The position numbers and the translations under genes were made by a program. From Podarcis pityusensis (taxonomy: Eukaryota): 64,000 nucleotides of DNA. Every line of letters begins with the position of its first letter. Position 1 is the stretch's first letter. The DNA lies in assembly GCA_964106645.2 (NCBI GenBank), contig OZ067040.1; one strand, written 5' to 3'. Positions 61,401 to 64,000 of the stretch are shown in pieces. The notes below the pieces were generated by a model. It saw only the letters and a program-made list of their open reading frames with translations. It did not search any database and was not told the DNA's origin.

Positions 61401-63259
61401 TTTTTATAGCACAGTAGCAGTTGATTGGCGTGTCATACCTATATAGTCACATATGTACAGTTGGGAACCACTTAACTTGGACAGATTTTGGAACATTCAG
61501 GACAGACAAAAGGAGTCACTTCACACTGTGCATAGTTTATTTGTAGGATGTAGTGTTGGCCACCAACTTGCATTAAAAGAAGATTAAATGTATTCATGGA
61601 GGATAAGGCTATCAACAGCTACTAGCCATGGTAGCTGGGCAGTACCTTCCATGTTGAAGGCAGCATGCCTCCAAATACCAGTTGCGAAGAAAGGCAAGTG
61701 GTGTGAATGTGATCAGAATGCTGTTACACTCAGGTTCTGCTTTCAGGTGACCACTGTGAGGACAGGATGCTGCACTAGATGGGCCTTTGGTCTGATCCAG
61801 CAGGACTGTTCTTACAGAAAGTACTCAAAGTTTATTTGCCAGGTTCAACTGCAAGGTCTGTGGGAGTCATAACATCTTATTGTGCAAAGTCACCTCTACA
61901 GCTGCTGCTACTTGTTCAGACAAGTACAGCTTGGTTAACAGTAGTTCTGGTCTGTGCCCAGCAGCATGTGTTTGTTTTTTCTTTGTTTTTATTTAAAACA
62001 AAGGCTGAGACTTAGCTAGATTTAGCACCCATTGGCCTCATTTACATGACAATTCAGTCCTGGTTTTAAGGTAGACTACATAACCTGTAGTTCATTATGC
62101 TGCCAAGTTAAACTCTAATAAATAAATCATTTTGGGTAAAAGTGTTGAAAGAATTGGCTGGGTTCCAAGAGCCATGCAACTCACTCTGTGCACTGCAAAG
62201 TACTTTGGGGTTGGATGTCTCAATCAGCACTTTGGTCATGTGACAGTAGTTGTTGGTAGTTAATGCAGCTCCAGTGACTGTCTTTTGGGGTGGGGGCAAG
62301 GCGTCAAAAACTGTTAGATACACCCAAAGCCTTAGGTGTACCTTCAGTAGAGTTTTTGTATCCTGGACATTACTTGCACTTGTGGATTCTGGTAGTAACA
62401 AATGGTTGGATATAAAGTTGTAGAAACAGAAGACTGTTCATGCAACATATATTCCCTTTCTTCCCATACCCCCCGAGAAACCTTTTTGGAGTGCCATACC
62501 CAACTTAGCAATACATGAAACTCTACCCGTAGGATCCCACATGGAAATTCATGCCTTAAGATTGGCTGTTTGGGAAAGCTCAAAAAATGTCACCCACCTG
62601 ACACTTTCAAATTGGGCAAAAATAAACTTGAACATGTGTTAATGATGTCTTCAAGTTCTTAAGTTCACCTTTAAAATCAAGACTACTGACAATCAAACAG
62701 CTACACAAAATAAATGCAGTATAAAATTGCAAGAATAATGTTTATATTAAAAAATTGCAAATAGAAATCCATACTTTCACTTTGGAACTTTAATCTTATT
62801 GTTTTTTCTTCTGTTAATTACATTTTTATTCTGCCCTTCCTTTAAAGAGCTTAGGGTAGCATACATGATGCTCTGCTATTTATATTAAATTAGGCTGGGC
62901 CACCTGATTACTGTTTAAAAGATGATCTGTTTTTAATTTTTTAATCCTTGAAGGTGGAATAATTGGAACATAATTAATTCTGTTTATATTAGCTGGATAT
63001 AGTAGTTGATTTCAGCAGGATTACTAATCTCCAGTCGGTATTCTGATTTGTGCAACAGACTAATCAAGTCTGGCTGAAAAAGATTTGTGGTATCTGTTGC
63101 CAAACTGTAGTTCACTTTTCTCAAATTCAGATGGCTGAAAGCTATGCTTAAGGAAGCTTAGCTACTATTTGGCATGATACATGAATTAATGTTCCGTAAT
63201 TCTAAGAACTACTGCATCAGCTGAAAACAAAACAAAAGCAGACAAACCATTGTTTCCTC

Positions 63260-63306
<47 letters not shown>

Positions 63307-63684
63307 CAAAAACCATGGTTTGGTACGAGAACTTCAACTATTTGATGTCAAATTGAAAATTCATACAAGTTTCTGTAAGATGGCTAGCCTCTACATGTTT
63401 TTCTTCAGGGGGTAAATGAGGCCCAGATCTCCTTGGATTTTTTTTTAAAGAAAAATAATTAAACTATTTATATGATTCTAGAGATCTATAAAAATACTGA
63501 CATAGATTACCTGGAAAATGATGATCAATTAGCCAGTACTTCTTTCTCTTCTCTTTGCAAGGTTTTTTCAAGAGAAATAATTCAAGGCTAATGGATGAAA
63601 TCCTAAAGCAGCAGCAGGAATTGTTAAATCTTGACTGTTCCAAATATACAGTGAAGTTTGCAAATCAAGATAAAACAGATCAAG
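54864..63684 (+). CDS. NUS1: NUS1 (NgBR, dehydrodolichyl diphosphate synthase subunit), partial: exons 54864-55278 and 63562-63684; continues beyond the window
   Basis: [16 protein letters not shown]...[16 protein letters not shown]...[22 protein letters not shown]|[28 protein letters not shown] matches recalled NUS1; synteny. Confidence 0.95.
56803..56937. mobile_element. hAT-type MITE
   Basis: ttctcaacctgtgggtccccagatg...catctggggacccacaggttgagaa palindrome. Confidence 0.75.
58990..59870 (-). mobile_element. Decayed L2-type LINE 3' part
   Basis: Minus-strand [10 protein letters not shown] motif near 59553-59582; boundaries approximate. Confidence 0.65.
60079..60295 (+). mobile_element. 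Tc1/mariner MITE, family A
   Basis: TA|CAGTGGTACCTC...AGGTACCACTG|TA; highly similar to the 18411 copy. Confidence 0.85.
63260..63304. repeat. (TG)n(GA)n compound microsatellite
   Basis: Read directly. Confidence 0.9.
63562..63684 (+). CDS. NUS1: NUS1 coding exon 2
   Basis: ctctttgcaag| acceptor, G|gtaaga donor; [21 protein letters not shown]. Confidence 0.94.
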
Positions 63685-64000
63685 GTAAGATTTCTTATTT
63701 TGAAAATCCTGTACTGTTATTGAGAACTAGAAAGTTCCTGGACACCCAAATCTGATCCACAAACATTGATTAACTCCCTGCATGGGAATTAATAGGTATC
63801 TCCATGAGTACAATAAATCCCATGAACATCTCGGCATATGCTGATAGCTGGAATTGAGTGTGAATGCCTTATTTTACAGAAATGACTGGCAGTTTTAGTT
63901 AAATGTTTAAATTTTGATATTAAACTTTTACTGAACTATTAATATTTTAGCAAGCGTTTCTTGTGATTCTTTACAGAAGGTTCATTTTGTAAATTAAATT

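Overview
Vertebrate genomic DNA, most likely a squamate (lizard-like), inferred from the BovB/RTE, tRNA-derived SINE, Penelope and MITE repeats. It carries the conserved syntenic block DCBLD1(+) - GOPC(-) - NEPN(+) - NUS1(+). The window holds the last 9 coding exons of DCBLD1 (424-11766). It holds the complete GOPC/PIST gene (CDS 43368 to 23503, 8 constitutive exons plus a 24-nt microexon at 30782-30805 that the ORF track cannot show). It holds an intact 3-coding-exon, 512-aa nephrocan gene (49011-53563), which is a pseudogene in human, and NUS1 coding exons 1-2 with their CpG-island promoter. Exon boundaries were read by eye from GT/AG sites and checked for reading-frame continuity. Gene identities rest on recalled similarity to vertebrate orthologues, not on a database search. 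Introns and intergenic DNA contain several young insertions with intact target-site duplications (three L1-type tails, a Penelope-like hairpin, hAT and Tc1/mariner MITEs) plus BovB and older L2/CR1 remnants. I found no convincing wholly new biological system. The most notable signals are regulatory: the microexon, strong-Kozak uORFs before a weak NUS1 start codon, an extra YxxP motif and a possible short isoform in DCBLD1, and the intact NEPN.
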